From the IMG/VR virus record IMGVR_UViG_3300032236_002285, positions 62,001 through 126,000 of that record: a stretch of 64,000 nt of DNA. One strand, given 5' to 3'. Shown here one piece after another: positions 38,387 through 47,979 of this stretch. The position numbers were made by a program, and so were the translations under genes. The notes beneath the pieces were generated by a model that was not told the DNA's origin, ran no database searches, and saw only the letters and a list, made by a program, of their open reading frames with translations. How positions within the stretch are numbered: position 1 is the first letter of the stretch; each line of letters begins with the position of its first letter.

Positions 38387-39219
38387 TTGAATGATTGATT
38401 TTTTAATATCATTTTAACATGAGTCGAATGAGTTAAATCTACATTAAAGTCTCTTTTTACTTCTTTTTTCAAATAAGGTAACACAAAATCATCTTCATAT
38501 TGAATTGAATAGTCAGATGGTATTTTAGACTTTAGTGTTTCTAATGTTATTGGTAAATAGTTTTCATTTACTTCTCTTTGCCAGTTGTCAGTATATTTAT
38601 ACTTTAGTAAGAAATGTATAAAGTTTCTATAATCTGAGTTTATACTACCCCATATGTTTTCAAAAGAAAGAAGATAGTTTTTGTCAGCTTTTCTTCTTAC
38701 CTTTTTAGCGTCCTCTTTGAAGTTATTAATCTCATTTCTTGTTAATTGTACAGATGGCATCATATCTCTTATTGTGATATATTTAAAATTACCACCAAAA
38801 ACTTGACTATTCCAAAACTTATTAACCGTTAAACTATTTGAATATGAATAAACCTCATGTATAACAGAACTTAAATTTAGCAAAGGATGTTTTAATCCTG
38901 ATAACTCTTTGATTACAATTTGCCAATCGTTAGTTAATATTGCATTCTTTGGTAATTTACCAGAAGCTTTATCTAACATTGTTTGGTCTAAATCATACCC
39001 AATGATTTTAACATTTGGTCTCATCTTAGATACACTTTGTAAAAAAGAACCATCGGCGCAACCAAAGTCAACAATAACATCAAATTTTACCTCTTCTAGA
39101 AAGAATAACTTATCAGACATGGTTGTATTCATGTCGATGATATACTTATCATAGTTAGATATAGGTTTTTCACCTACTAATTCTTCTAAAAATAATTGCC
39201 AAGATAAAATTCTATTCAT
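38383..39219 (-). CDS. Class I SAM-dependent methyltransferase with CTS-like N-terminus
   Basis: IVDFGCADG, IIGYDLD, LSSVIHE, IRD. Confidence 0.8.
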   Translation of the reverse strand: MNRILSWQLFLEELVGEKPISNYDKYIIDMNTTMSDKLFFLEEVKFDVIVDFGCADGSFLQSVSKMRPNVKIIGYDLDQTMLDKASGKLPKNAILTNDWQIVIKELSGLKHPLLNLSSVIHEVYSYSNSLTVNKFWNSQVFGGNFKYITIRDMMPSVQLTRNEINNFKEDAKKVRRKADKNYLLSFENIWGSINSDYRNFIHFLLKYKYTDNWQREVNENYLPITLETLKSKIPSDYSIQYEDDFVLPYLKKEVKRDFNVDLTHSTHVKMILKNQSFK

Positions 39220-39234
39220 AGTGTATATATTAAA

Positions 39235-40005
39235 TTATTTCCAAATTTTTTCCAGGTCTATCTTTGAGTTTATATCAATTACTTTATTACCTTTCTTTAA
39301 TGAGTACTTTTGAATAGGTTGGAACATTTTAATTATTTTCTTAACTTTTTTAGCATCAGAATCATCTATATCATAATTAAATATCTGAATTAGATTTTCT
39401 ATCTCATTAAAATTAATACTTTTCTTATTACCTAAAAAGTATATAAAATCATAGTTATACTTATTATATCTAACTGCATCTGGCTCATCTGATTTACTTA
39501 TAAGGTAATTAGTTAAACAATTCTCAACACCAATTGATGGTAGACTAAATTTAAAATCTTCAATGATAAACTCTTTTGATTCAGCATTGTAGCTTTTCAT
39601 TACATCTTTATCAATCTTGAAGTAATTAAAATAATTTGATGAAAACTCAATATCAGTTTCTTGTCCTTTGTCATCATCAAAATATTTTAGACTTATAGCT
39701 TTTCCTTTTGTAAATCTTACTATTTCTAAGAATAAGAATACTATGTCAATGCTTTTTAGGTCGTTAAATGAGTAGCCATTTAGGAATATGGCATTTTTTT
39801 CTACAATTTTTTTAAGTTTAGTTATTACTAAACCCAAATCATCTTTGATGTAATTGTACTCGTATTCAATAATGTCCTCAATGTCGGCTTTTTTAATCAC
39901 AACTTCAAAGTCATTATTGTAGAATAAACCTTGAGAAGGAAGTGATTTAGTATCTACTTTCTTTTGAAGATTTAATAACCCCTTTAATAGATTAGATAGA
40001 TTCAT
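39235..40005 (-). CDS. Baseplate hub protein, T4 gp26-like
   Basis: LPSQGLFY and DIVFLFLEIV with a second LPSIG repeat. Confidence 0.6.
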   Translation of the reverse strand: MNLSNLLKGLLNLQKKVDTKSLPSQGLFYNNDFEVVIKKADIEDIIEYEYNYIKDDLGLVITKLKKIVEKNAIFLNGYSFNDLKSIDIVFLFLEIVRFTKGKAISLKYFDDDKGQETDIEFSSNYFNYFKIDKDVMKSYNAESKEFIIEDFKFSLPSIGVENCLTNYLISKSDEPDAVRYNKYNYDFIYFLGNKKSINFNEIENLIQIFNYDIDDSDAKKVKKIIKMFQPIQKYSLKKGNKVIDINSKIDLEKIWK

Positions 40006-40068
40006 ATTTTACTGGTTATTTTTTATTATATATTATTTTTATGAAGGTCATGTTGTCGAATATATACT

Positions 40069-40788
40069 TTGATGATTTTACAAGGTGATTGTTTTGAATT
40101 AATAAAAAATGTTGAAAGTAAGTCTGTGGATTTGATTTTAGTCGATCCACCTTATTTAATTTCAAGAGATTCAAACTTCAAAAGTTATTCAGATGATGCT
40201 TCAAAAGAACTAATAACTAAGTATGGTAAAGTATCAATAGACTTTGGTGACTGGGATAAAGGTGAGTTAGATTGGGATTTTTTATTCAAAGAATACAATC
40301 GTATTTTAAAAGACGGTGGTACTTTAATTATCTTTTATGATGTTTGGAAATCAACCGAGATTAAGGCTATGGCTGATAAATACAAATTCAAACAACCAAG
40401 AGTTTGTCAATGGCAGAAATCAAATCCAGTTCCTATTAATTCTAAATTGAATTACTTATCAAATGCTATTGAATTCTTTTTCACTTTTGTAAAAGGAAAG
40501 AAACCTACTTTTCATTCAGTTTATGATAATGGTGTTTATAAATATCCAATTTGTCACGGTAAAGAAAGATATGAACATCCAACTCAAAAGCCATTACAAC
40601 TGATATCAGACATTATAAACAAACATTCAAATCCGGGTGATGTGGTGCTTGATAATTTTGCTGGTACTGGTACAACAGCACATGCTTGTATATTAAATGA
40701 TAGAAGATATATAGTTATTGAAAGAGATGAGAAGTATTTTGAAATAATAAAATCAAGAATTGATGGTTTAGTAGAACCAATAAAATAA
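40069..40788 (+). CDS. DNA N4/N6 methyltransferase (beta class)
   Basis: DPPY precedes HPTQKP and VVLDNFAGTGTT. Confidence 0.9.
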   Translation: MMILQGDCFELIKNVESKSVDLILVDPPYLISRDSNFKSYSDDASKELITKYGKVSIDFGDWDKGELDWDFLFKEYNRILKDGGTLIIFYDVWKSTEIKAMADKYKFKQPRVCQWQKSNPVPINSKLNYLSNAIEFFFTFVKGKKPTFHSVYDNGVYKYPICHGKERYEHPTQKPLQLISDIINKHSNPGDVVLDNFAGTGTTAHACILNDRRYIVIERDEKYFEIIKSRIDGLVEPIK

Positions 40789-40799
40789 AATATAAAATT

Positions 40800-41195
40800 A
40801 TGTCTATTGTAGTAAGAAACTCAGATTTAAATGAAGAAACGTTAGCCGCTTTAAATAAATTGGTTGATGTTGATATTAATGCCTCGGTTGCTTTTAAGTT
40901 AATGAGAATTATTAAAGAAATTACATCTATTGTTGATGATAAAACTAAAATGGAACAACGCCTTATTAATAAACACGCCGAAAAAGATGAAGATGGTAAT
41001 GTTATTAGAGTTCAAGATGATAATGGTAATCCAGTTGGTGTTAATATTAAAAATATGGATGCTTACTCAGCTGATATGGCTAATCTAATGGAGATTGAAA
41101 ATGAAATAGGTTATGAAAAGATTAACTTTGAAGACTTAAATCTAAAGACAGCAAGAGTAAAGGATTTAATAAGATTAGAATTTCTTTTTAATTAA
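40800..41195 (+). CDS. Hypothetical helical protein
   Basis: 131-aa ORF. Confidence 0.7.
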   Translation: MSIVVRNSDLNEETLAALNKLVDVDINASVAFKLMRIIKEITSIVDDKTKMEQRLINKHAEKDEDGNVIRVQDDNGNPVGVNIKNMDAYSADMANLMEIENEIGYEKINFEDLNLKTARVKDLIRLEFLFN

Positions 41196-41247
41196 TCCAA
41201 TAAATAGTCTTGTCTTTTTAATATATACAAAAAAAGATTACGACTAA

Positions 41248-42843
41248 ATGCCAGCTACATATAGTATAAATGTTGGAACTCCAACAGAAGCTTTAAGAAA
41301 GCAAGATATTAATAGTGTACTATTAGATTTACCTGATAATACTCAAAAACTAATATCCCCTAAAGATGTTAGAGATGCTTTTCTATCAGCTTGGGCTACG
41401 TCAGCTTTTAAACAAACAATTGGTCAGGCAAGTATAGAATATCTTGGTATTGATTCAGGTAATCCTGATAATAGAGATATTAAAGAAAAGATTTTCATTG
41501 GTAAGAGAAGTTATACTGGATTGGATATAATGAACAATTCTCTTCTTGGTGATAGTAACAACGATATTTATATTTATAATACTAAGCCGGACTCGGCTAC
41601 TCAGAGTACTAAAATTGTTATTTTAGCTGGCACTAACTCATCATTACATGTTAATGCTCCTTATATTCAATCAAGCTCTGTAAATTCTAGCACAGCACTT
41701 GATTTAAATTTAGTTAACCCTTCTTTATTTTCAGGTCCTATTAACATTTATAGTAATACTGGTAGAGTGGCTATCAATGGTATAACTTTTCCAACCGTTG
41801 CTGAAACATCAGCATCAGCATCAAATGGTAAAATTTTAAAGTATTATGGTTCTTATCCAAATGGTGTTCTTAAATGGGCTGATCCATCTGTAAGTATAGC
41901 TTCTATTGGTACGCCTGGTTCACCAACAAACATTTATGGTAGTCCAAGTAATGTAAATGGTCACTCATTAGAGTTTGTTGATAATACAATAGTTCCTTTA
42001 AGTGTTGGTGGTGTTCAACAAGGAAGTTCTTTTTCAGCTGGTTCTTATCAAGGTCAGAATTGGCCTTTATCAGAGGTTATTAGAAAGCTATTATACCCTT
42101 ATGTTCCACCAACCTTGTCTTGTAGTGTGACAAATACACAAAATAGTACAAATTATTTTTCAACCGGATTAACATATTCTTCAGGTTATCCAGGTGCTTT
42201 ATTTAGATATTCAATTACCAGATATTCAAGTGATATTAGTAGTTATAATATAAGTGGTACAACATATTCAGGCTTATCATTTTCAGGAAATGTAGGTAGT
42301 CAATTAGTTGCTACTTTTAGTTCTGCTATTTATAGTAATACTGCTGGTACTCAAAGTTATGTTTTAAATGTTAGAGATAACAATGTACTTATGACATTTT
42401 CATATAGTGCTACTGCTTCCGCTGTATTTGTTCATCCTTCTTTTTATAGCTTTAACTCAACCTATATTGACTTTTTTGGAGGAATACCATCAACTGTTTC
42501 TGCTCAAGTTGGTGCTTTAATGAATTCTTCAACTAGATTGGCTTTTCCTTATATAGCATCGAATTCTATATTTCATAGACAAGATATATCTCTGAACTAT
42601 GTAGGTAGTGGTTACATATATTTTGTAATTCCATCTTCGTATCAATTATCACAGATTAAGGATCCTAATGGATTTATAGTACATGACTATACAAGAGTAG
42701 GTTCATCGGCGTTTACTTATTCAAATCCTATTACTCCAACGGGTGGTAATAATTTACCAACTCCACCTACAACATGGGTGGTGTATAGAACAATAGCAAC
42801 TTGTAGTTATACAGGTGGTGGTAATTTTGAATTTATATTTTAA
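41248..42843 (+). CDS. Putative tail/virion structural protein (paralog A)
   Basis: S/T/G/N-rich beta-type sequence; late motif upstream; paralog of 42847. Confidence 0.65.
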   Translation: MPATYSINVGTPTEALRKQDINSVLLDLPDNTQKLISPKDVRDAFLSAWATSAFKQTIGQASIEYLGIDSGNPDNRDIKEKIFIGKRSYTGLDIMNNSLLGDSNNDIYIYNTKPDSATQSTKIVILAGTNSSLHVNAPYIQSSSVNSSTALDLNLVNPSLFSGPINIYSNTGRVAINGITFPTVAETSASASNGKILKYYGSYPNGVLKWADPSVSIASIGTPGSPTNIYGSPSNVNGHSLEFVDNTIVPLSVGGVQQGSSFSAGSYQGQNWPLSEVIRKLLYPYVPPTLSCSVTNTQNSTNYFSTGLTYSSGYPGALFRYSITRYSSDISSYNISGTTYSGLSFSGNVGSQLVATFSSAIYSNTAGTQSYVLNVRDNNVLMTFSYSATASAVFVHPSFYSFNSTYIDFFGGIPSTVSAQVGALMNSSTRLAFPYIASNSIFHRQDISLNYVGSGYIYFVIPSSYQLSQIKDPNGFIVHDYTRVGSSAFTYSNPITPTGGNNLPTPPTTWVVYRTIATCSYTGGGNFEFIF

Positions 42844-42846
42844 GAT

Positions 42847-44346
42847 ATGATGACATTTAGTATTAATATAGGAACTTCTACCGAAGCATCAAACTACAAC
42901 ATAATTGGTGCTACAGCTGTTGATTTATCACCGGTGCTAAATGTTCTATATGATAACACAGATAAAGAGATAAATCCAAAAGATATAAGAGATGCTGTTT
43001 TGACCTCTTGGTCAAGCTCATCATTTAAGCAAACATTAGCAACACAATCCTCAATAAGCTATATTGGTATTGATAATGATAATACTGACTATTCAAATAA
43101 AGATGTTAAAAGTAAATTTTTAATAGGTAAAAGGTCTTATTTAAATACCGACATAATGTCACCTTCTTTATTAAATTCTGATGGTGATATATTTTTGTAT
43201 AATACTAAAAAAGATACCGTTTCTAATAGTAAAACAAGAATTTCTATTTTATCTGGTACTAACTCTTCTTTATATTCATACTCCCCTTATATACAATCAC
43301 AAATAATTACGGTTGGTACTTATTCATCCTTATCTTTGGATATAGTAAACCCTACTTTAACTGGTGGAACTGCGACAACTATTAACTTAAATAGTAGTTA
43401 TGGTACTGTTTCAATTAATAATATATCATTCCCTACTAATCAAGAATCTGGTCTATCTGCTTCTGATGGTAGAGTTTTAGCTTGGAATAACGGCAAATTA
43501 ACTTGGAGTGATATTACTTTTTCGGGTAGTAATTATATTGGTACTACTGGTAGTGCTATAAATATCTACGGTACTCCTGTTAGTGTAAATGGTCATCCGT
43601 TTGAGTTTACTTCTACTGATCCTTGTACAGTGGCAATCGGTGATATTAATTTAGGAGAAACTTTTAATTCAGTTTCAATTGTTGATATGTTGAGAAGAAT
43701 TGTTTATCCTTATTTACCACCTTTGTGTAGTTTATCAATTTTACCACCATACTCTTCGGGGTATGTTGAAGTTGGTTCGGCTCCTATAGTAAGTTTGTCA
43801 TATACTATTAACAAAAGAAGTTTACCTACATTAACAACTTCATTATCTTATATGATACCAAGTAGCTATCCACCTATAAGTAGCTCAGGTCAATCTACTA
43901 TTTCAGGTACGGCTAATGGTGTTGTTATAACTCCGGTTACCTCAGCAACTTCATCTTTTACTATAACAGTTACTGATGGTACACAATCAAACTCTTCAAC
44001 TGCTACTCTTACTGGTGTTTATCCTTATTTTTATGGATTTAGTTCGTTACCAACAATGACAACAGCTGGTTTGGCTTCTTTAACAAAGATTATTGAACCA
44101 AAAAGTGATAAATCTGTAGATATTTATGGAAGTGGTAATTTATATTTTATTTATGATAGTAGTTACCCTGCGTTGAGTAATATTTACGATGAACATAATA
44201 ATGTAATTTCAAGTTCTTTTTCATCAAGTTTGTTGACTTTATCATCACCGACAGGTCTTTGGGCTTCAAAACAATTTAGAGTTTATCAGTGGAATGGAGT
44301 TCCTTTAATTGGACCACCATCGGTAATTTACCAATTCAAATATTAA
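42847..44346 (+). CDS. Putative tail/virion structural protein (paralog B)
   Basis: SINIGTSTEA, NPKDIRDAVLTSW and LRRIVYPYLPP align with paralog A. Confidence 0.65.
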   Translation: MMTFSINIGTSTEASNYNIIGATAVDLSPVLNVLYDNTDKEINPKDIRDAVLTSWSSSSFKQTLATQSSISYIGIDNDNTDYSNKDVKSKFLIGKRSYLNTDIMSPSLLNSDGDIFLYNTKKDTVSNSKTRISILSGTNSSLYSYSPYIQSQIITVGTYSSLSLDIVNPTLTGGTATTINLNSSYGTVSINNISFPTNQESGLSASDGRVLAWNNGKLTWSDITFSGSNYIGTTGSAINIYGTPVSVNGHPFEFTSTDPCTVAIGDINLGETFNSVSIVDMLRRIVYPYLPPLCSLSILPPYSSGYVEVGSAPIVSLSYTINKRSLPTLTTSLSYMIPSSYPPISSSGQSTISGTANGVVITPVTSATSSFTITVTDGTQSNSSTATLTGVYPYFYGFSSLPTMTTAGLASLTKIIEPKSDKSVDIYGSGNLYFIYDSSYPALSNIYDEHNNVISSSFSSSLLTLSSPTGLWASKQFRVYQWNGVPLIGPPSVIYQFKY

Positions 44347-44364
44347 AAAATTTATATATACACT

Positions 44365-45504
44365 ATGTCAATACAAATTATAGATGGTTTTCAAGTAAAT
44401 ACAGCCTTACCAATAGATAATAGAATCGTAGCTTCTGGTTCAGTGGCTAGAAATGCTATACCTTATAAATATGAGGGTTTAAGAGTATTTGATACTTTTG
44501 ATGGTATTCCTTATGTTTGGTTAAATGGTGCTTGGGTTGGTGAAAATGCTTCAGGTGTTGCAGGTGCTGGTTCAGCAAGTCATATTCCTTTGTACACCTC
44601 GTCTAATGTTATTGGTAATAGTTTATTATATCAATCAGGTTATAACATTCTTACTGTTGACGCGGGTGGTGGTGCTAATAAAATCTCAATGAATGCAAAT
44701 AACGGTTTAATCATTGCTGCTTTTAGTGGTAATGGTGCCCAAGTTACTAATATTGATGCTGGTAATATATCAAGTGGTCAATTGAGTCTTAGTAGATTAA
44801 CTAACGGTTCTACTAATTATATTCTAACAGGTGGTTCAGGTGCTCCAGTATATACAGATCCAAGTCAAGTTACGGTTGGTACTGCTTCGGTTGCTGTTGT
44901 TGCTAATGTTGCAACCAGTGCTAATGTTTTGAATAATGTGTCAAATACTACAAACTATTTAACTTTTGTTTCTGGTACTTCATCTCAAAATATTAAAATA
45001 AATTCTTCTGGCTTATCATATAATCCATCGACTGGTGTTTTAAATACTAATGGTGGTGATATTTATTTATCAGCATCTGCTAATGGATATGTTATAAATA
45101 GTTGTCGTAATTATTCAGCTAGTGGTATAGGTTATGTATCTGGAAACATAATGATAGCTAGTGTTGTTGTTCCTTCTCTTGCTTCTATAACTGTTGAAGT
45201 AACATTTACTGGTAATATCAAAGAATATTCTGGATTCTCAATTGTTGGTTCTCAATATAGAAGTGCTAAATTTGTTGCAGCTTATAGCACAAGTAATACT
45301 GGTGTTATAACACAATCTGGATCAACAAATACAATTTTGGATGTTGCTTCTTTGGGTTCTGGTTCCGCAACTTTAAGTACCGGTACAATAAATATATCAA
45401 CTGCTGGTGTAATAAAGTTCTATCAAGGTTATACAGGTCCTTCTACTAGTGGACATACAGGTGCTGTGAATCTTACGGTTGATTACAAAATAACTATTAG
45501 TTAA
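44365..45504 (+). CDS. Putative tail fibre protein
   Basis: GFQVNTALPIDNR...YEGLRV N-terminus; TNYLTFV and YNPSTG fibre-type motifs. Confidence 0.65.
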   Translation: MSIQIIDGFQVNTALPIDNRIVASGSVARNAIPYKYEGLRVFDTFDGIPYVWLNGAWVGENASGVAGAGSASHIPLYTSSNVIGNSLLYQSGYNILTVDAGGGANKISMNANNGLIIAAFSGNGAQVTNIDAGNISSGQLSLSRLTNGSTNYILTGGSGAPVYTDPSQVTVGTASVAVVANVATSANVLNNVSNTTNYLTFVSGTSSQNIKINSSGLSYNPSTGVLNTNGGDIYLSASANGYVINSCRNYSASGIGYVSGNIMIASVVVPSLASITVEVTFTGNIKEYSGFSIVGSQYRSAKFVAAYSTSNTGVITQSGSTNTILDVASLGSGSATLSTGTINISTAGVIKFYQGYTGPSTSGHTGAVNLTVDYKITIS

Positions 45505-46190
45505 TCTTCTATTTTCTCAAACCACCAATTAAAGTAGATATAATTGTCACCGACTAGATTATAATAATCTGTTTCGTATTTAACAATTATTTTATTATCA
45601 TGTGCTCTAACTACTTCAATTTCGATTCCTTTTTCCATTTTTAATTGTTTACCAGTTTCTGTTGAATAACAATATAGTTCATCGTTTAGTAGTTTATACA
45701 TACCTGGTTCAGGTTTTAACCAAGTTTTTATTGTTTTAATAACAAGACCTTTTATTTTAATAACCCATTCTTTACTTTGATGTAGGTCAAAGTCTTTAAA
45801 AACTTCTGATGTAAATTCAGGATTAGCACTCATAATATTTTCAACAACGCCCCAATACTCTTCACCATCAATGATAAAAGTAATATAAACATCATAAAAA
45901 ATACTATTTGATTTAACTATTCTAAGAATTTTCATCTTTTGGATATCTTGATGCTCTAGTGCTAGTTTGCTTCTTAAATTTCTATAAGCATTTGTACCAG
46001 AAAGGTTATAAAGAATGTCATTAATTCTTGACATTGCTTGTCTAATACCATCAGCATATCTATCAAACGCGTTTGTAGACAAAGTAGGATCATTTACCTG
46101 ACCACCAATTGCACCAGCTGCTGAGTCCGGATTCATTCTTTGTAAATTAAATTCTGTGAATTCTAAGATAAGTTTATTCCTGCGTTTCAT
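45501..46190 (-). CDS. Hypothetical protein
   Basis: 229-aa ORF; divergent TATATATA region upstream. Confidence 0.7.
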   Translation of the reverse strand: MKRRNKLILEFTEFNLQRMNPDSAAGAIGGQVNDPTLSTNAFDRYADGIRQAMSRINDILYNLSGTNAYRNLRSKLALEHQDIQKMKILRIVKSNSIFYDVYITFIIDGEEYWGVVENIMSANPEFTSEVFKDFDLHQSKEWVIKIKGLVIKTIKTWLKPEPGMYKLLNDELYCYSTETGKQLKMEKGIEIEVVRAHDNKIIVKYETDYYNLVGDNYIYFNWWFEKIED

Positions 46191-46226
46191 AATTAAATAT
46201 ATATATTAAAATATCAAACTATTATT

Positions 46227-46544
46227 ATGAAAATTAGAAGATTTAATGAAGATGAACAAGTAGATATCTCATCTGAAAGAATTAGTGAAATAAATGACCA
46301 ATTAAAAGATTTTGCTGCTACTATGTTAGATAAGTCAAAATATGTTGAATCTCTTCTAAACGAACTTAATAACTATAAGAGTGATTCTACAAAGGGCAAT
46401 GACCAGATAGATGATTCTATTGCTGCTTTACAAGTTATTAAAAAAGACGTAGATGATTGTAATGATAAGATTGATACTGTTATTAATAATCTAACTGATT
46501 ATAATGATGGTGGAAGAAAATATATGTACACTGAAAACAAGTAG
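46227..46544 (+). CDS. Coiled-coil protein with CTS-like N-terminus
   Basis: MKIRRFNEDE; heptad pattern. Confidence 0.7.
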   Translation: MKIRRFNEDEQVDISSERISEINDQLKDFAATMLDKSKYVESLLNELNNYKSDSTKGNDQIDDSIAALQVIKKDVDDCNDKIDTVINNLTDYNDGGRKYMYTENK

Positions 46545-46565
46545 TTAGATTTTTAATATAAATTT

Positions 46566-46730
46566 ATGGCTATTTGGGAAAATATTCCTTTGATTAAAAG
46601 AGAATCTATAAAAAAATCTTTATATAGATTTGATAGAATACAAAGCAGGAAAAAGAAAATTATCAATTTGTTATGTCATTTGCAAGAGGTTGGGGTAAAG
46701 ACGGCTGGAAACACAGACAAGAAGATTTAA
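46566..46730 (+). CDS. Small protein (54 aa, not in the ORF track) with RKKKIINLL
   Basis: MAIWENIPLIK...TDKKI; TAATG coupling to the next small ORF. Confidence 0.5.
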   Translation: MAIWENIPLIKRESIKKSLYRFDRIQSRKKKIINLLCHLQEVGVKTAGNTDKKI

Positions 46731-46831
46731 TGAAGGAATCTTGGGAGATTTTCAGAATAACAAATAGAAAAAGAATAAGAAAATCTAAAATTAATAACAT
46801 ATTTAATGAAGTTAGGAAAGAAGTCAAGTGA
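46730..46831 (+). CDS. Small protein (33 aa) with RKSKINNIF
   Basis: MKESWEIFRITNRKRIRKSKINNIFNEVRKEVK. Confidence 0.45.
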   Translation: MKESWEIFRITNRKRIRKSKINNIFNEVRKEVK

Positions 46832-47066
46832 TTTAGAACCAGGTTATGTTTATGTTCCTTATATTCCAATAACAACATCACAAGTTATAGTTGGTTATGG
46901 TTCTAAAAACATAAATAGAAAAAGAAAGATTAATAAAATATTTGATTTAGGTTTAGATATTAAAGATGAATTCTCACCAAGTAAATCAATTATGAGTAGA
47001 TACTCAACAAAGAATATAAATAGTAAATATTACGGAACTATAGAAATAAAAAATCCCACTTTATAA
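46806..47066 (+). CDS. Mini-protein derived from the capsid C-terminal segment
   Basis: PGYVYVPY...FSPSKSIMSRYS...YYGTIEI vs capsid PGIIFVPY...FAPRMLLRSRYA...YMTIKV. Confidence 0.75.
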   Translation: MKLGKKSSDLEPGYVYVPYIPITTSQVIVGYGSKNINRKRKINKIFDLGLDIKDEFSPSKSIMSRYSTKNINSKYYGTIEIKNPTL

Positions 47067-47076
47067 GTGGGATTTT
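47048..47076. terminator. Bidirectional terminator
   Basis: aaaatcccact-ttata-agtgggatttt. Confidence 0.8.
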
Positions 47077-47078
47077 AG

Positions 47079-47978
47079 TTAAATTTCATCCATGAATAAT
47101 GAATCTAAGTAGTCAATTGTTTCTTTATAACCACCATTTAATTCCCAATTGTCTTCTAAGTAACCAGCAATTTCTGTTGATTTTTCCTCAACTGATAAAT
47201 TATCATCATTTGCTACTTCCATGAATTTATTGTAAAGGTCTTCTTTACCATCATATAATTCAAAATCTTTTTCATTTAACCAATCTTGAAATTTATTCCA
47301 ATGTGATTCGTATCCATTTGAATCAAACTCTTCATTAAATCTTTTAAGATTCTTTAATTTCTTACTTTCACCAATTGACCAGATTTCTCTACCTTGTTCA
47401 TCTTCACCTTTTTTCTTCATCTTTAATTGATTCATTTTATCTAATGCTGCATCAATTTCTTCTTCTGATAAACCACCGGCAATTGCATTTAACTCTTCTT
47501 CTGAGAAAGTGGCCATTAATTCCATTGCTTGTTTGATTTGAATTATTTGATCATAATCTTCTTGAGTTAAAAGATTTTCACCACACTCAGGACAAGGTTT
47601 ATTAATTGACTTTTCATAGTCACTAAATGGAACTGACATATCACTCCAATTGCAATTAGGATTATCACACTTCAATCCGTGTACATCTAAACCTTCTGGT
47701 AAATCATGATTCTCAGATAGGAATTTTTCACCATCTAAATTTTTATTAGAAGGTTTGTTAGGTTTTCTTAAATTAACTTTAGGGTCAGCTAAGAATTTCT
47801 CACCATCTAATTTTTTATTAGAAGGCTTAGATGTTTTCATTGAAACATCCGCATCACTTAAAGATTTATCTGCATCTAATTTTTTATTAGATTGTGGTTT
47901 AACATGATCTTGTTTTTTCATATCCTTTGATAAATTTGATAATTTATCATTAACTGGATGTTTCTTAATGTGCTTCAT
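47079..47978 (-). CDS. Hypothetical protein with three KPSNKKLDGEKFL-type repeats and a CxxxxC/CxxC zinc ribbon
   Basis: Repeats visible in the translation; CDNPNC...CPEC. Confidence 0.7.
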   Translation of the reverse strand: MKHIKKHPVNDKLSNLSKDMKKQDHVKPQSNKKLDADKSLSDADVSMKTSKPSNKKLDGEKFLADPKVNLRKPNKPSNKNLDGEKFLSENHDLPEGLDVHGLKCDNPNCNWSDMSVPFSDYEKSINKPCPECGENLLTQEDYDQIIQIKQAMELMATFSEEELNAIAGGLSEEEIDAALDKMNQLKMKKKGEDEQGREIWSIGESKKLKNLKRFNEEFDSNGYESHWNKFQDWLNEKDFELYDGKEDLYNKFMEVANDDNLSVEEKSTEIAGYLEDNWELNGGYKETIDYLDSLFMDEI

Positions 47979-47979
47979 A

